Shown here piece by piece: positions 1 through 11,566 of a stretch of DNA of 64,000 nucleotides (its first letter is position 1; each line of letters begins with the position of its first letter). The notes below the pieces were generated by a model. The model was given only the letters and a program-made list of their open reading frames with translations, did not search any database and was not told the DNA's origin. The DNA comes from Pseudomonadales bacterium (GTDB lineage Bacteria; Pseudomonadota; Gammaproteobacteria; Pseudomonadales; UBA5518): assembly GCA_022072145.1 (NCBI GenBank), contig JAJVIG010000012.1, forward strand, positions 29,129-93,128. Direction: 5' to 3'. The position numbers and the translations under genes were made by a program.

Positions 1-101
1 CCGCGAAGGGTGCCACCGGGCGCCCGGTGGCGCTGCTCGCGCGCTACCTGCTCGAGCGTGCCGGATCCGCGAAGAAGCCACCCGCGGGCGCGCGCGGGTG
101 A
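1..101 (+). CDS. pepA: leucyl aminopeptidase PepA, 3' end (partial, runs off window start)
   Basis: Frame 3 reads AKGATGRPVALLARYLLERAGSAKKPPAGARG*, matching the conserved PepA C-terminus (GATGRPVALL..L..RAG). The stop TGA at 99-101 overlaps the holC GTG start (GTGA). The order pepA-holC-valS fits. Confidence 0.75.
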   Translation, partial: AKGATGRPVALLARYLLERAGSAKKPPAGARG

Positions 102-556
102 CCCGGGTCGATTTCTACCTGCTGCCGGTCGCCGAACCGCACGGCAAGCTCAGCTTCGCGTGCCGGCTGGCCGAAAAGGCGTTCCGCGACGGCCGCCAGG
201 TGCACGTGCACGCCAGCGACGCCGGCGAGGCCGCCGCGATCGACGCGCTGCTGTGGTCGTTCCGCGACACCGCCTTCGTGCCGCACCGGCGTATCGATGC
301 CTCCGGCACCGAGCCGGCGCCGGTGCTGATCGGCTGGGGCGAGGAACTCTCAGGCCATCACGACGTGCTGATCAACCTGACGCAGGAGGTGCCGCCGCTG
401 TTCGGGCGCTTCGACCGCGTGGCCGAGATCGTGCTCGACGACCCCACGCTGCGCGCGGCGAGCCGCGAACGGTGGCGCTTCTACAAGGAGCGCGGCTATC
501 CGCTGGCGCACCACGACCTGCAGCATCTGCGAGGGGGCGCACCCGATGACGTCTGA
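98..556 (+). CDS. holC: DNA polymerase III chi subunit
   Basis: 152 aa with a GTG start. The N-terminus TRVDFYLL..., the size, and the position between pepA and valS are typical of HolC. Confidence 0.85.
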   Translation: MTRVDFYLLPVAEPHGKLSFACRLAEKAFRDGRQVHVHASDAGEAAAIDALLWSFRDTAFVPHRRIDASGTEPAPVLIGWGEELSGHHDVLINLTQEVPPLFGRFDRVAEIVLDDPTLRAASRERWRFYKERGYPLAHHDLQHLRGGAPDDV

Positions 557-917
557 CGCGGGCGCCACCCGGCGCGAACTGATCGAGGAACTGGACTCGC
601 TGAGCGCCACGCTGGAGCGCGCGTGGCACGAAGTCGCTCCCGGCGAGGATCCGCGCATCCCGGTGCTGATCGACGTGGTGGAGACCGGCGTGGCGACGCC
701 CGCGGACGTGCCGGCCGCGCTGCCCGACGACGCACCGCCCGCCGCCGCGCAGCCACCAGCCACGCAACCAGCCGCATCCGACGCCGTGACAGCACTGGTC
801 GACGATCTGGTGGCCGAATGGCTCCCGGTGCTGGCGGCCGAGCTGCGCGCCCGGCTGCTCGAGCGTGCGCTCGCAGGGCGCGGCGGCACAGCGCAACCCG
901 GCCGCGCGCAACGCTGA
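546..917 (+). CDS. hypothetical protein with helical ends and a Pro/Ala-rich middle
   Basis: 123-aa ORF with strong G/C third-position bias in this frame. Its ATG overlaps the holC end by 11 nt. No family recognised. Confidence 0.45.
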   Translation: MTSDAGATRRELIEELDSLSATLERAWHEVAPGEDPRIPVLIDVVETGVATPADVPAALPDDAPPAAAQPPATQPAASDAVTALVDDLVAEWLPVLAAELRARLLERALAGRGGTAQPGRAQR

Positions 918-970
918 CATCCTTCAATTTCCGCCCGCCCGCAGGCGTCCGCGAACCACGAACCGAGACC

Positions 971-3733
971 ATGGAAAAGACCTACAGCCCGGAGCAGATC
1001 GAAAGCCGCTGGTACGAGGAATGGGAGCGCCGCGGCTATTTCCGCCCCGGCGGCACCGGCACGCCGTACTGCATCGTGATTCCGCCGCCGAACGTCACCG
1101 GCAGCCTGCACATGGGACACGCGTTCCAGCAGACGATCATGGATGCGCTGATCCGCTACCACCGCATGCGTGGCCACAACACGCTGTGGCAGGGCGGGAC
1201 CGACCACGCCGGCATCGCGACGCAGATGGTCGTCGAGCGCCTGCTGGCCGCCGAGGGCACCGACCGCGTGACGCTGGGGCGCCAGGAGTTCACGCGCCGC
1301 GTCTGGGAATGGAAGGAACACTCCGGCGGCACGATCACTCGGCAGCAGCGCCGGCTCGGCAACTCGGTGGACTGGACGCGCGAACGCTTCACGATGGACC
1401 CGGATCTTTCGGAGGCGGTGCGCGAGGTGTTCGTGCGCCTGTACGAGGAGGGCCTGATCTACCGCGGCAAGCGTCTCGTGAACTGGGACCCCAAGCTGCA
1501 CACGGCGATCTCCGACCTCGAGGTGGTGCAGGAGGAGGAAGACGGCCACCTGTGGCACCTGCGCTACCCGCTGGCCGACGGCAGCGGCGAACTGGTGGTC
1601 GCAACCACGCGCCCGGAAACCATGCTCGGCGACGTCGCGGTCGCAGTGCACCCGCACGACGAACGCTACCGCCACCTGGTAGGACGCAGCGTGCTGCTGC
1701 CGCTCGCGGAGCGCGCCATACCGGTGATCGCCGACGACTACGTCGATCCGGCCTTCGGCACCGGCTGCGTGAAGATAACGCCGGCGCACGACTTCAACGA
1801 CTACGAGGTCGGGCGGCGCCACGATCTGGAACCGATCAACCTGTTCACCATCGACGCGGTGCTTAACGACAACGCGCCGCCGCCGTACCGCGGCCTCGAG
1901 CGCTTCGCCGCACGCGCGCGCATCATTGCGGACCTGGAGGCGCGCGGGCTGCTCGCGAAGACCGAAAAGCACCGCCTCAAGGTGCCGCGCGGAGACCGCA
2001 GCGGCGTGGTGATCGAGCCCTACCTGACCGACCAGTGGTTCGTCGCGACGCGTTCGCTGGCGGAGCCCGCGCTGCGCGCGGTCGAGGACGGGCGCATCGA
2101 GTTCGTGCCGAAACAGTGGGAGAACACCTACTTCGCGTGGATGCGCGACATCCAGGACTGGTGCATCTCGCGCCAGCTGTGGTGGGGGCACCAGATCCCG
2201 GCCTGGTACGACGCCGCCGGCAACGTCTACGTCGGCCGCAGCGAAGCCGAGGTGCGCGCGTGCCACGCGCTCGGCGAACTGCCGCTCACGCAGGACGCCG
2301 ACGTGCTCGATACCTGGTTCTCCTCGGCACTGTGGACCTTCTCCACGCTGGGCTGGCCGCACGACACCGCCGAGCTGCGCAGCTTCCACCCGACCGACGT
2401 GCTGGTCACCGGCTTCGACATCATCTTCTTCTGGGTCGCGCGGATGGTCATGATGACCCTGAAGTTCATCGGCGAGGTGCCGTTCCGCAAGGTCTACGTG
2501 ACCGGGCTGATCCGCGACGAGCATGGCCAGAAAATGTCCAAGTCGAAGGGCAACGTGATCGACCCGCTCGACCTGATCGACGGCATCGGCGTCGAGGAAC
2601 TGGTGGCCAAGCGCACCGCCGGCATGATGCAGCCGCAGCTCGCGCAGAAGATCGCCGCGGCCACCCGCCGCGAGTATCCGCAGGGAATCCGCGCCCACGG
2701 CACCGACGCGCTGCGCTTCACGCTGTGCGCACTCGCCTCGACCGGGCGCGACATCAAGTTCGACATGGGGCGGCTCGAGGGTTACCGCAACTTCTGCAAC
2801 AAGCTGTGGAACGCGGCGCGCTTCGTGCTGATGCACACCGGGGGCAAGGACTGCGCGCACGCCGGGGACAGCGCGGTCGCGCCCTCGCTGCCCGACCGCT
2901 GGATCGTCTCGCGACTGCAGCAGACGATCGCCGACGTGGAGCGCGCGCTGGCGGGCTTCCGTTTCGACCTCGCCGTGCAGGCGATCTACGAGTTCACGTG
3001 GAACGACTACTGCGACTGGTACCTCGAACTCGTCAAGCCGGTGCTCGGCGCCGGCGGCGATGCTGGCGGCGCGCGCGTGGCGCGACGCACCCTGCTCGAG
3101 GTGCTGGAGACGGTGCTGCGCCTCGCGCACCCCTTCGTGCCGTTCATCACCGAGGAGATCTGGCAGCGTGTGGCGCCGCTCGCGGGGCGCGCCGGCGCGA
3201 CCTTGATGCTCGCCCCCTACCCCGTCGCCGACGCCACGCGCATCGACGAGGCGGCGAACGCCGACATCGTCTGGCTGCAGCAGGTGATCGTGGCGGTGCG
3301 CAACATCCGCGGCGAACTGGGCATCCCGCCCGGCAAGCCACTCGACCTGCTGGCACGCAACGGCACTCCCGAGGACCACCGCCGCCTCGGGGAACATCGC
3401 GCGCTGCTGCATGCGCTGGCCCGGCTCGCGAGCAGCGAGACCATCGACGACGCCGAAGCGCCGCCCGCAGCCACCCAGATCGTAGGCCAGCTCGAGTTGC
3501 TGGTGCCGCTGGCCGGACTGATCGACATCGCCGCCGAACGCGAGCGCCTCGGGCGCGAATCCGCGAAGCTGGGCCAGGAAGTCGAGCGGCTCGCGGTGCG
3601 CCTGGGCAACGAGGGCTTCACGGCGAAGGCGCCGCCTGCGGTGGTCGAGCGCGAACGGGCACGGCTCGCCGAGATCACGGCCGCCCGCGATACGCTGCTC
3701 GCGCAGCTCGCGGCGCTGGGCAGCGAGGAGTAA
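971..3733 (+). CDS. valS: valyl-tRNA synthetase
   Basis: [19 protein letters not shown] start, HMGH (HIGH-type) and KMSKS motifs, and a C-terminal coiled coil; 920 aa. The ORF-track start at 623 is an upstream in-frame extension. Confidence 0.97.
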   Translation: MEKTYSPEQIESRWYEEWERRGYFRPGGTGTPYCIVIPPPNVTGSLHMGHAFQQTIMDALIRYHRMRGHNTLWQGGTDHAGIATQMVVERLLAAEGTDRVTLGRQEFTRRVWEWKEHSGGTITRQQRRLGNSVDWTRERFTMDPDLSEAVREVFVRLYEEGLIYRGKRLVNWDPKLHTAISDLEVVQEEEDGHLWHLRYPLADGSGELVVATTRPETMLGDVAVAVHPHDERYRHLVGRSVLLPLAERAIPVIADDYVDPAFGTGCVKITPAHDFNDYEVGRRHDLEPINLFTIDAVLNDNAPPPYRGLERFAARARIIADLEARGLLAKTEKHRLKVPRGDRSGVVIEPYLTDQWFVATRSLAEPALRAVEDGRIEFVPKQWENTYFAWMRDIQDWCISRQLWWGHQIPAWYDAAGNVYVGRSEAEVRACHALGELPLTQDADVLDTWFSSALWTFSTLGWPHDTAELRSFHPTDVLVTGFDIIFFWVARMVMMTLKFIGEVPFRKVYVTGLIRDEHGQKMSKSKGNVIDPLDLIDGIGVEELVAKRTAGMMQPQLAQKIAAATRREYPQGIRAHGTDALRFTLCALASTGRDIKFDMGRLEGYRNFCNKLWNAARFVLMHTGGKDCAHAGDSAVAPSLPDRWIVSRLQQTIADVERALAGFRFDLAVQAIYEFTWNDYCDWYLELVKPVLGAGGDAGGARVARRTLLEVLETVLRLAHPFVPFITEEIWQRVAPLAGRAGATLMLAPYPVADATRIDEAANADIVWLQQVIVAVRNIRGELGIPPGKPLDLLARNGTPEDHRRLGEHRALLHALARLASSETIDDAEAPPAATQIVGQLELLVPLAGLIDIAAERERLGRESAKLGQEVERLAVRLGNEGFTAKAPPAVVERERARLAEITAARDTLLAQLAALGSEE

Positions 3734-3892
3734 CAGTAACGGCCACCACTGCACAACGCGCGCGGGAATCTTGCTAGAATCGCGTCGTCAGGGGGGGTCC
3801 ATGCACGCGGCGCGCACCAGCGGTCGCCACAGCGAGCCGCGCGCAGGCGCGCGGTCGGGCTTTCTGCGTCATCGTCATCCACGGAAATCGCA

Positions 3893-5326
3893 ATGACTCA
3901 TCCAACTGCCGCCGAGCATCCGGTCTACAACTACAAGGTGGTCCGGCAATTCACGATCATGACCGTGGTGTGGGGGATCGTCGGCATGCTGGTCGGCGTG
4001 GTGATCGCCGCCCAGCTCGCCTTCCCCGCACTGAACTTCGACTCGCAGTGGCTGCACTTCGGCCGCCTGCGTCCGCTGCACACCAACGCGGTGATCTTCG
4101 CCTTCGGCGGTTCGGCGCTGTTCGCCACCTCCTTCTACGTGGTGCAGCGCACCTGCCAGGCGCGCCTGATCTCCGACCGTCTGGCGAGTTTCGTGTTCTG
4201 GGGCTGGCAGCTGGTGATCGTGCTGGCGGCGATCACGCTGCCGCTGGGGTACACGTCCTCGAAGGAATACGCGGAACTCGAATGGCCGATCGATGTACTG
4301 ATCACGGTCGTGTGGGTCGCCTACGCGATCGTCTACTTCGGCACCATCGCGCGCCGCAAGACCTCGCACATCTACGTCGCGAACTGGTTCTTCGGCGCCT
4401 ATATCATCACCATCGCGGTGCTGCACGTGATCAACAGCCTCGCGATCCCGGTCAGCCTGACCAAGTCGTATTCGATCTACCCGGGCACCATCGACGCCAT
4501 GGTGCAGTGGTGGTATGGCCACAACGCGGTCGGCTTCTTCCTGACCGCCGGTTTCCTCGGGATCATGTACTACTTCGTGCCGAAGCAGGCCGAGCGGCCG
4601 GTCTACTCGTACCGGCTCTCGATCGTGCACTTCTGGGCGTTGATCGCGATCTACATGTGGGCCGGCCCGCACCACCTGCACTACACCGCGCTGCCCGACT
4701 GGGCGCAGAGCCTCGGCATGGTGATGTCGCTGATCCTGCTCGCACCGAGCTGGGGCGGCATGATCAACGGCCTGATGACGCTGTCGGGCGCCTGGCACAA
4801 GCTGCGCACCGACCCGACGCTGCGCTTCCTGATCGTATCGCTGTCGTTCTACGCGATGTCGACCTTCGAAGGCCCGATGATGTCGATCAAGACCGTCAAC
4901 GCGCTCTCGCACTACACCGACTGGACCATCGGACACGTGCATTCCGGCGCACTCGGCTGGGTGGCGATGGTCACGATCGGCGCCATCTACCACCTGATCC
5001 CGCCGCTGTGGGGCCGCAAGGAGATGCACAGCGTGGCACTGATCAACACGCACTTCTGGCTGGCGACGATCGGCACCGTGCTCTACATCGCCTCGCTGTG
5101 GGTCAACGGCATCATGCAGGGCCTCATGTGGCGCGCCTACAACGACGACGGCACGCTCACCTACAGCTTCGCCGAGTCCGTCGCGGCCAGCTATCCGGGC
5201 TACATCGTGCGCCTGATCGGCGGCGCCATGTTCTTCCTCGGGATGGTGGTGATGGCATGGAACACCTGGAAGACGGTTTCCCCCGGCGCCGCTCCGGCCG
5301 CCGAACCCCGTGTCCAGCCCGCCTGA
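3893..5326 (+). CDS. ccoN: cbb3-type cytochrome c oxidase subunit I
   Basis: 477-aa polytopic membrane protein with the heme-copper oxidase His pattern. It is followed by ccoO, ccoQ and ccoP. Confidence 0.97.
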   Translation: MTHPTAAEHPVYNYKVVRQFTIMTVVWGIVGMLVGVVIAAQLAFPALNFDSQWLHFGRLRPLHTNAVIFAFGGSALFATSFYVVQRTCQARLISDRLASFVFWGWQLVIVLAAITLPLGYTSSKEYAELEWPIDVLITVVWVAYAIVYFGTIARRKTSHIYVANWFFGAYIITIAVLHVINSLAIPVSLTKSYSIYPGTIDAMVQWWYGHNAVGFFLTAGFLGIMYYFVPKQAERPVYSYRLSIVHFWALIAIYMWAGPHHLHYTALPDWAQSLGMVMSLILLAPSWGGMINGLMTLSGAWHKLRTDPTLRFLIVSLSFYAMSTFEGPMMSIKTVNALSHYTDWTIGHVHSGALGWVAMVTIGAIYHLIPPLWGRKEMHSVALINTHFWLATIGTVLYIASLWVNGIMQGLMWRAYNDDGTLTYSFAESVAASYPGYIVRLIGGAMFFLGMVVMAWNTWKTVSPGAAPAAEPRVQPA

Positions 5327-5338
5327 GGAGAGCGCACC

Positions 5339-5947
5339 ATGCAGCACGAGAAGATCGAGAAGAACATCGGCCTGATGATCGTGCTGATCGTCGTGGCGAT
5401 CAGCTTCGGCGGACTGGTCGAGATCGTTCCGCTGTTCTTCCAGAAGGAAACCACCCAACCGGTGGCCGGGCTGAAGCCGCTGACGGCGCTGCAGCTCGAG
5501 GGCCGTGACATCTACATCCGCGAAGGCTGCAACGTCTGCCACTCGCAGATGATCCGGCCGCTGCGCGCCGAGACCGAGCGCTACGGCCATTATTCGGTGG
5601 CCGGCGAGTTCGTCTACGACCACCCGTTCCTGTGGGGATCGAAGCGCACCGGCCCCGACCTCGCGCGCGTCGGCGGGCGCTACAGCGACGACTGGCACCG
5701 TGCGCACCTGCTGAATCCGCGCGACGTGGTCCCCGAATCGAACATGCCCGGCTTCCCGTGGCTGTTCGAGAACGACATCGACAGCCGCCACACCGCCGCC
5801 AAGCTGCGTGCGCTGCGCCGCATCGGCGTGCCGTACACCGACGAGGACATCGCCGGCGCCGAGGCGGCGGTCGCGGGGAAGAAGGAAATCGACGCGGTGC
5901 TGGCGTACCTGCAGCAACTCGGCACGCTGATCAAGAGCACTCGCTGA
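5339..5947 (+). CDS. ccoO: cbb3-type cytochrome c oxidase subunit II (monoheme)
   Basis: 202 aa with an N-terminal TM helix and a single CNVCH heme-binding motif. Confidence 0.95.
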   Translation: MQHEKIEKNIGLMIVLIVVAISFGGLVEIVPLFFQKETTQPVAGLKPLTALQLEGRDIYIREGCNVCHSQMIRPLRAETERYGHYSVAGEFVYDHPFLWGSKRTGPDLARVGGRYSDDWHRAHLLNPRDVVPESNMPGFPWLFENDIDSRHTAAKLRALRRIGVPYTDEDIAGAEAAVAGKKEIDAVLAYLQQLGTLIKSTR

Positions 5948-5958
5948 GGCGCCCCGGC

Positions 5959-6129
5959 ATGGACAAGGGTGACCTGCTCGGCATTGCCACGCTGCTCGCG
6001 ATGGCAGCGTTCATCGGGGTGTGCGTCTGGGCATGGAGCGACAAGCGCAAACAGCGGTTCGACGAGGCGGCGCAACTGCCGTTCGCCGACGAACCGGAAC
6101 GGACCAGCAAAGGTGGAAGCGATGACTAG
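5959..6129 (+). CDS. ccoQ: cbb3 oxidase small subunit CcoQ
   Basis: 56-aa single-TM peptide (MDKGDLLGIATLLAMAAFIGVCVWAW) between ccoO and ccoP. It overlaps the ccoP start by 8 nt. Confidence 0.75.
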   Translation: MDKGDLLGIATLLAMAAFIGVCVWAWSDKRKQRFDEAAQLPFADEPERTSKGGSDD

Positions 6130-6997
6130 TTTCTGGAGCGGCTACATCATCGTCCTGACGACGATCACGATCATCGGCACGGTGCTGCTGCTGTTCGGCA
6201 ACCGCAACCGTCCCGCGGACTCGCAGGCCAAGACCGGGCACGTCTACGACGGCATCGAGGAATACGACAACCCGCTGCCGGCGTGGTGGCTGTACCTGTT
6301 CGTCGCGACGATCGTGTTCGCTATCGGCTACCTGGTCGCGTATCCCGGCTTCGGCAGCTTCAAGGGCGTGCTCGGCTGGTCCGGCGTGGGCCAGTGGGAG
6401 AACGAGGTCGCGGATGCCAAACGCAGGTACGAGCCGGTGTTCGCCGCCTGGCGCGACCAGCCGATCGCCGGGATCGCGGCCGACCCCAAGGCGGTGCGCA
6501 TGGGCCAGCGCATCTTCGCCAACGAGTGCTCGCAATGCCACGGCGCCGACGCGCGCGGCGCGCAGGGTTTCCCCAACCTCACCGACCAGGACTGGATCTG
6601 GGGCGGGGACGCGGACACGATCCACACCACGATCGTCAACGGTCGCGTCGCGGCCATGCCGCCGTGGGGCGATGCGCTCGGCGAGGAAGGCGTGCGCAAC
6701 GTCGCGCGCTACGTGCAGAGCCTGTCGGATCCGCAGGCCGCTGGCGCCCAGGCCGCGGCCGGCGCCGCGCAGTACGCGATGTTCTGCGTCGCCTGCCACG
6801 GCCCCGAGGGCAAGGGCAACCCGATGCTGGGCGCACCTAACCTCAGCGATACCGTATGGCTCTACGGCGGCGACCTCGCGACCATCGAACAGACGCTGCG
6901 TGCGGGCCGCAACGGCCAGATGCCGGCCTTCGGCCAGACGCTGGACGCCGACAAGATCCGCCTGGTCGCGGCGTACGTCTACAGCCTGTCGCAATGA
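6122..6997 (+). CDS. ccoP: cbb3-type cytochrome c oxidase diheme subunit III
   Basis: 291 aa with an N-terminal TM helix and two CxxCH motifs (CSQCH, CVACH). Confidence 0.93.
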   Translation: MTSFWSGYIIVLTTITIIGTVLLLFGNRNRPADSQAKTGHVYDGIEEYDNPLPAWWLYLFVATIVFAIGYLVAYPGFGSFKGVLGWSGVGQWENEVADAKRRYEPVFAAWRDQPIAGIAADPKAVRMGQRIFANECSQCHGADARGAQGFPNLTDQDWIWGGDADTIHTTIVNGRVAAMPPWGDALGEEGVRNVARYVQSLSDPQAAGAQAAAGAAQYAMFCVACHGPEGKGNPMLGAPNLSDTVWLYGGDLATIEQTLRAGRNGQMPAFGQTLDADKIRLVAAYVYSLSQ

Positions 6998-8412
6998 GCG
7001 AGGAGCGCATACCGGTCGTCGACCTCGCGCCGGCCGAGGTCGGCGAGGTAGACCTGTACCAGAAGCGCGAACGCATCTATACGCGCAAGGTCGAGGGCTT
7101 CTTCCAGCGGCTGCGCCTCTACACCGGCTGGCCGCTGCTGATCATGTATTTCGGCGGCCCCTGGCTGCAATGGGAAGGGCGCCAGGCGATCTGGTTCGAC
7201 CTGCCGGCGCGCAAGTTCCATATCTTCGGCATCACCTTCTGGCCGCAGGACGCCCCGCTGCTCGCGTGGTTGCTGGTGATCGCCGCCTTCGCGCTGTTCA
7301 CCGTCACCGTGTTGGCGGGCCGTGTGTGGTGCGGCTACACCTGCCCGCAGACGGTATGGACCAGCATCTTCATGTGGGCCGAGCAACTCAGCGAAGGCAC
7401 GCGCAACCAGCGCATCCGCCTCGACCAGGCGCCGTGGAGCCTCGACAAGGCGCGCCGCAAGCTGCAGAAGCACGCGATGTGGTTCGGCTTCTCGCTGTTC
7501 ACCGGCATCGCCTTCGTCGGCTATTTCACGCCGGTGCGCGATCTCGTGATCGAGCTGCCACTCGCCGAGGCGAACACCTGGTCCTACCTGTGGGTGATGT
7601 TCTTCACCCTGGCCACCTACATCAACGCCGGCTGGCTGCGCGAACAGGTGTGCATGTACATGTGTCCGTACGCGCGCTTCCAGGCCGTGATGTTCGACCG
7701 CGACACGCTGATCGTCTCCTACGACGCGGAGCGCGGCGAACCGCGCGGCTCGCGCCGGCGCGAGGCCGATCCGCGTGCGGCGGGCCTCGGCGACTGCATC
7801 GACTGCGAGCTCTGCGTGCAGGTCTGCCCCACCGGCATCGACATCCGCAACGGACTGCAGCTCGAGTGCATCACCTGCGCACTGTGCATCGACGCCTGCG
7901 ATTCGGTGATGGACCGCATGAACTATCCGCGCGGGCTGATCCGCTACACCACCGAGAACGCGCTCGAGGGTCGCCCGACCCACGTGCTGCGCCCGCGCCT
8001 GATCGGCTATTCGCTGGCGCTGCTCGCGATGGCGGGCGTGTTCCTGACCGTGCTGCTGACCCGCGTCCCGGTCGGGCTCGACGCGATCCGCGAGCGCGGC
8101 CAGCTGTTCCGGCAAGTCGGCAGCGGCATGATCGAGAACGTCTACACGCTGAAGATCCGCAACATGAGCGAGGACGCGCAGAGCTACCGGATCGGCGTCG
8201 ACGGGCTGGACGATGCGGTGATCGAGGGTCGCACCGAGGTGTCGCTGGCCTCCGGCGAAGTGCTGGCGGTGCCGGTGGCGGTGCGCGCGCCGCGTGAGCG
8301 CCTGGGCGACAACCGTTCGGTGCCGATCGTGTTCACGGTCACGGCCACCGTCGACGCGGCGACCAGCGCGAGCGCCGACAGCCGTTTCCTCGGTCCCGGA
8401 CCGGTGCGATGA
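6994..8412 (+). CDS. ccoG: cbb3 oxidase accessory 4Fe-4S ferredoxin-type protein CcoG/FixG
   Basis: 472 aa. CIDCELCVQVCP and CITCALCIDAC ferredoxin motifs plus TM helices. ATGA-type overlap with the ccoP stop. Confidence 0.9.
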   Translation: MSEERIPVVDLAPAEVGEVDLYQKRERIYTRKVEGFFQRLRLYTGWPLLIMYFGGPWLQWEGRQAIWFDLPARKFHIFGITFWPQDAPLLAWLLVIAAFALFTVTVLAGRVWCGYTCPQTVWTSIFMWAEQLSEGTRNQRIRLDQAPWSLDKARRKLQKHAMWFGFSLFTGIAFVGYFTPVRDLVIELPLAEANTWSYLWVMFFTLATYINAGWLREQVCMYMCPYARFQAVMFDRDTLIVSYDAERGEPRGSRRREADPRAAGLGDCIDCELCVQVCPTGIDIRNGLQLECITCALCIDACDSVMDRMNYPRGLIRYTTENALEGRPTHVLRPRLIGYSLALLAMAGVFLTVLLTRVPVGLDAIRERGQLFRQVGSGMIENVYTLKIRNMSEDAQSYRIGVDGLDDAVIEGRTEVSLASGEVLAVPVAVRAPRERLGDNRSVPIVFTVTATVDAATSASADSRFLGPGPVR

Positions 8413-8915
8413 GCGCGGGGCCCCCGTGGTACCGCCAGGGTTGGCCCTGGCTGCTGATCCTGCTGCCCGCCTCGACCGTGATCGCCTCGATGGTGACGAT
8501 CTGGCTGGCGTTCACCAACGACGATGCGCTGGTGCACGACGACTATTACCGCGAGGGACTCGCGATCAACCGCCGCCTCGACCGCGAGGCGCGCGCGCGT
8601 GAACTCGGCATGGCGGCCGAACTACGCTACGACGCTCCGGCGCGGGTGGTGGAACTGCGGCTGCGCGGACTGCCCGATGCCCCCAGCGAACTGACGCTCG
8701 CGATCGAGCATCCCACCGACGCCACGCGCGACCAGTTGGTTGTCCTGCTCGGCGCGGGCAACGGCGTGTTCCGCGGCACGGTGCACCAGGCGCTGGACGG
8801 CAAGCGGTACCTGCTGATCGAGCACGTTCCCGCGGACGGTCGGGGCTGGCGCCTGCGCGGCACGCTGGAGGCGGCGACGGGAGACCTCGGGATCGCGCAA
8901 CTGGACGCCGGCTGA
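8409..8915 (+). CDS. ccoH: FixH/CcoH family protein
   Basis: 168 aa. N-terminus PWYRQGWPWLLILLP then a TM helix and DDYYREG, as in FixH. ATGA overlap with ccoG. Confidence 0.8.
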   Translation: MSAGPPWYRQGWPWLLILLPASTVIASMVTIWLAFTNDDALVHDDYYREGLAINRRLDREARARELGMAAELRYDAPARVVELRLRGLPDAPSELTLAIEHPTDATRDQLVVLLGAGNGVFRGTVHQALDGKRYLLIEHVPADGRGWRLRGTLEAATGDLGIAQLDAG

Positions 8916-8927
8916 GAGCCTGTGGAA

Positions 8928-11351
8928 ATGCCGACGGCGTGCTTCCACTGCGGGCTGCCGGTACCGCCGGACGGCCGCTGGCGGGTCGAGATCGACGGCG
9001 AGGCCCGCCCTATGTGCTGCGCCGGCTGCGCCGCGGTGGCGAACCTGATCGCCGGCAGCGGGCTCGCCGGCTACTACCGCCACCGTGACGCCAGCGCCGC
9101 CGGCCCGGCCGACCCCGGTGCCGGGGCGCGCGAGTACACGGTATTCGACGACCCTGCCGCGCAAACGGGTTTCGTGGTCGACCAGGCAGACGGTGTGCGC
9201 CGGGTCGAACTGGCGATCGGCGGCGTCACCTGCGCCGCCTGCACCTGGCTGATCGAACACCACCTGCAGCGCCTGCCTGGCGTGCTCGAGGTCGGCGTCA
9301 ACCTCGCCGAGCAGCGCGCCAGCGTGCGCATGAAGGCCGACGAATTGCCGCTCAGCGAACTGATGGCGCGTATCCGCGAACTCGGCTACACACCGCACCC
9401 GTTCCTCGGCTCCACACGCCACGACGACGCGCGGGCCGAGAACCGCACCGCGCTCAAACGCATGGGGCTGGCCGGCATCGTGCAGATGCAGATCGGGATG
9501 TTCGCGATCGCACTGTACGCGGGTGACTTCAGCGGCATCGAAACCGACTACCGCGACTACCTGCGCTGGATCAGCCTCGTACTGTGCGTGCCGGTGGTCG
9601 GCTATTCGGCGCAACCGTTCTTCACCGGCGCCTGGCGCGGGCTGCGCCACTTCGCGCCCGGCATGGACGTGCCGATCGCGCTCGCGATCGCGCTGGCCTT
9701 CCTCGCCAGCGTCTGGTTCACGGTCCGGGGCGGCGGCGCGGTGTACTACGACTCGGTGGCGATGTTCACCTTCTTCGTATTGCTGGGGCGCTACCTCGAG
9801 ATGCGCGCGCGCCACCGCGCCGGACTCGCCGGCGGCAACCTGCTGTCGCTGGTGCCGGCCGCGGCCACCCGCCTCGGACCCGACGGCGAACACGAGGCAG
9901 TGCCGGTGGCCCGCCTCGCACGCGGCGACCGGGTACTGGTACGCCCCGGCGAAACGCTGCCGGCCGACGGCACCATCGAGGAGGGTGCGTCCAGCATCGA
10001 CGAATCCAGCCTCAGCGGCGAGGCGCTGCCGGTACCCAAGCGTACCGGGGACCGCGTCAGCGCCGGGACGCTCAACACCGACGGCGCGCTGACGGTGCGC
10101 GTCGAGGCCACCGGTCTCGATTCGCGCCTCGGCACGGTGCTCGCGCTGGTCGACCGTGCGCAACGCGAGAAACCGCGCAGCGTGGAACTGGCCGACCGCT
10201 CGGCGCGCTGGTTCGTGGTCGCGGTGCTCGTGCTGGCCACGCTGACCGGCCTCTGGTGGCTGAACCACGACGCCACGCGCGCGCTGGCGATCGTGCTGTC
10301 GGTGCTGGTCGTGAGCTGCCCGTGCGCGCTGTCGCTGGCCACCCCGGCTGCGGTCACCACCGCGGTGGCGGCATTGCGCGCGCGCGGCTTCCTGGTCACG
10401 CGCGGCCACGCACTGGGAGCCCTGGCCGCGGCCGATACGATCGTGTTCGACAAGACCGGCACGCTGACCACCGGCGAGGTGAGACTCGCGGAGCTGCGCT
10501 GCGAGGCCGGCGCCGACCGCGAGCGCTGCCTGCGTATCGCCGCCGGGCTCGAGGCGCTGTCGGCGCACCCGATCGCGCGGGCTTTCGCCGGGTTGCCACG
10601 CACCGCGGTCACGGAGTTCCGTGCCTTCGCGGGCGGCGGCCTCGAGGGTGTGGTCGGGGGCGAGCGCTACCGGATCGGGCACGCGGCGTTCGCACTCGGC
10701 GCGCCGGCACCGACGCACCACGCGGAGCACTGGATCGTGCTGGCGCACGCTGACCATGCACTGGCCTGGTTCCGGCTCGCCGACACGCTGCGCCCGGAGG
10801 CACCGGAGGTGACCGGACGGTTGCGGCGCGAGGGCATCGACTGCCTGCTGCTCAGCGGCGACTCCGCGACCGAGGTCGAACGCGTCGCCGGCCTGCTCGG
10901 CATCACGCGCTGGCACGCGCGGCAGACACCGGAACAGAAACTGGAGTGCGTGCGTGCGCTCGAATCCTCGGGGCGGCGCGTGGTGATGATCGGCGATGGC
11001 GTCAACGACGTCGCGGTGCTGGCCGGCGCGGGGGTTTCGATCGCCATGGCAAACGCAGCCGACGTGGCGCGCGCCAGCGCCGACTGCATGTTGCTCGCCG
11101 GTGACCTGCACCGGGTGCCGGAGGCGCTGGCCAAGGCACGCGAGGCGAGCGGGGTGATTCGCCAGAACGTCACTTGGGCGATCGTCTACAACGTGGCCGC
11201 AGTGCCGTTCGCCGCCGCCGGTCTGGTGCCGCCATGGCTGGCCGCGATCGGTATGACCGCGAGCTCGCTGGTCGTGATTGCCAACGCACTGCGACTGCGC
11301 AACGATGCCTCCCGTCCCCCGCGCGCGGAACGGTCCCAGCCAGATGGATAG
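8928..11351 (+). CDS. ccoI: copper-translocating P-type ATPase CcoI/FixI
   Basis: N-terminal CxxC metal-binding motifs, CPC in the membrane domain, DKTGT phosphorylation site, GDGVND hinge. A GTG at 8922 is an alternative start. Confidence 0.92.
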   Translation: MPTACFHCGLPVPPDGRWRVEIDGEARPMCCAGCAAVANLIAGSGLAGYYRHRDASAAGPADPGAGAREYTVFDDPAAQTGFVVDQADGVRRVELAIGGVTCAACTWLIEHHLQRLPGVLEVGVNLAEQRASVRMKADELPLSELMARIRELGYTPHPFLGSTRHDDARAENRTALKRMGLAGIVQMQIGMFAIALYAGDFSGIETDYRDYLRWISLVLCVPVVGYSAQPFFTGAWRGLRHFAPGMDVPIALAIALAFLASVWFTVRGGGAVYYDSVAMFTFFVLLGRYLEMRARHRAGLAGGNLLSLVPAAATRLGPDGEHEAVPVARLARGDRVLVRPGETLPADGTIEEGASSIDESSLSGEALPVPKRTGDRVSAGTLNTDGALTVRVEATGLDSRLGTVLALVDRAQREKPRSVELADRSARWFVVAVLVLATLTGLWWLNHDATRALAIVLSVLVVSCPCALSLATPAAVTTAVAALRARGFLVTRGHALGALAAADTIVFDKTGTLTTGEVRLAELRCEAGADRERCLRIAAGLEALSAHPIARAFAGLPRTAVTEFRAFAGGGLEGVVGGERYRIGHAAFALGAPAPTHHAEHWIVLAHADHALAWFRLADTLRPEAPEVTGRLRREGIDCLLLSGDSATEVERVAGLLGITRWHARQTPEQKLECVRALESSGRRVVMIGDGVNDVAVLAGAGVSIAMANAADVARASADCMLLAGDLHRVPEALAKAREASGVIRQNVTWAIVYNVAAVPFAAAGLVPPWLAAIGMTASSLVVIANALRLRNDASRPPRAERSQPDG

Positions 11352-11562
11352 CATTTACGTCCTGATCCCGGTCACGCTGCTGTTGCTCGGCATCGCGGTG
11401 GCCGCGTACCTGTGGTCGGTCAACAGCGGCCAGTTCGACGACCTCGACAAGGCCGCGCGCAGCATTCTGTTCGAGGACGAGAACGAGGACGAGGACCGCA
11501 GCTCACGCGGCGGGGCGCGGCGCACCGATGCGGTGCCGACCAAGCCGCGCGACAGCGACTGA
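11344..11562 (+). CDS. ccoS: cbb3 oxidase maturation protein CcoS/FixS
   Basis: 72 aa. [35 protein letters not shown] is the conserved CcoS signature. 8-nt overlap with the ccoI stop. Confidence 0.85.
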   Translation: MDSIYVLIPVTLLLLGIAVAAYLWSVNSGQFDDLDKAARSILFEDENEDEDRSSRGGARRTDAVPTKPRDSD

Positions 11563-11566
11563 ATCG

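Noticed and set aside
350-3754. 1134-aa ORF on the minus strand covering all of valS
   Set aside because: It lies antisense to an unmistakable valS. The product is Arg/Ala/Gly-rich low-complexity sequence typical of shadow ORFs in very GC-rich DNA.
3734-3892. Expected FNR/Anr box upstream of ccoN
   Set aside because: No TTGAT/TTGAC-N4-ATCAA/GTCAA-like palindrome is present. TTGCTAGAATCGCG at 3771-3784 has only one half-site, so nothing is claimed.
8622-11354. 910-aa minus-strand ORF opposite ccoI. Similar long antisense ORFs: 3875-5917, 20505-22085, 24536-25828, 25320-26951, 28417-29925, 30323-32776, 45222-47855, 49767-51431, 51581-54286, 53956-55998 and 60523-63222.
   Set aside because: Each lies opposite a gene with clear family motifs, and each product is low-complexity and Arg-rich. 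They are artefacts of the scarcity of stop codons in GC-rich sequence.
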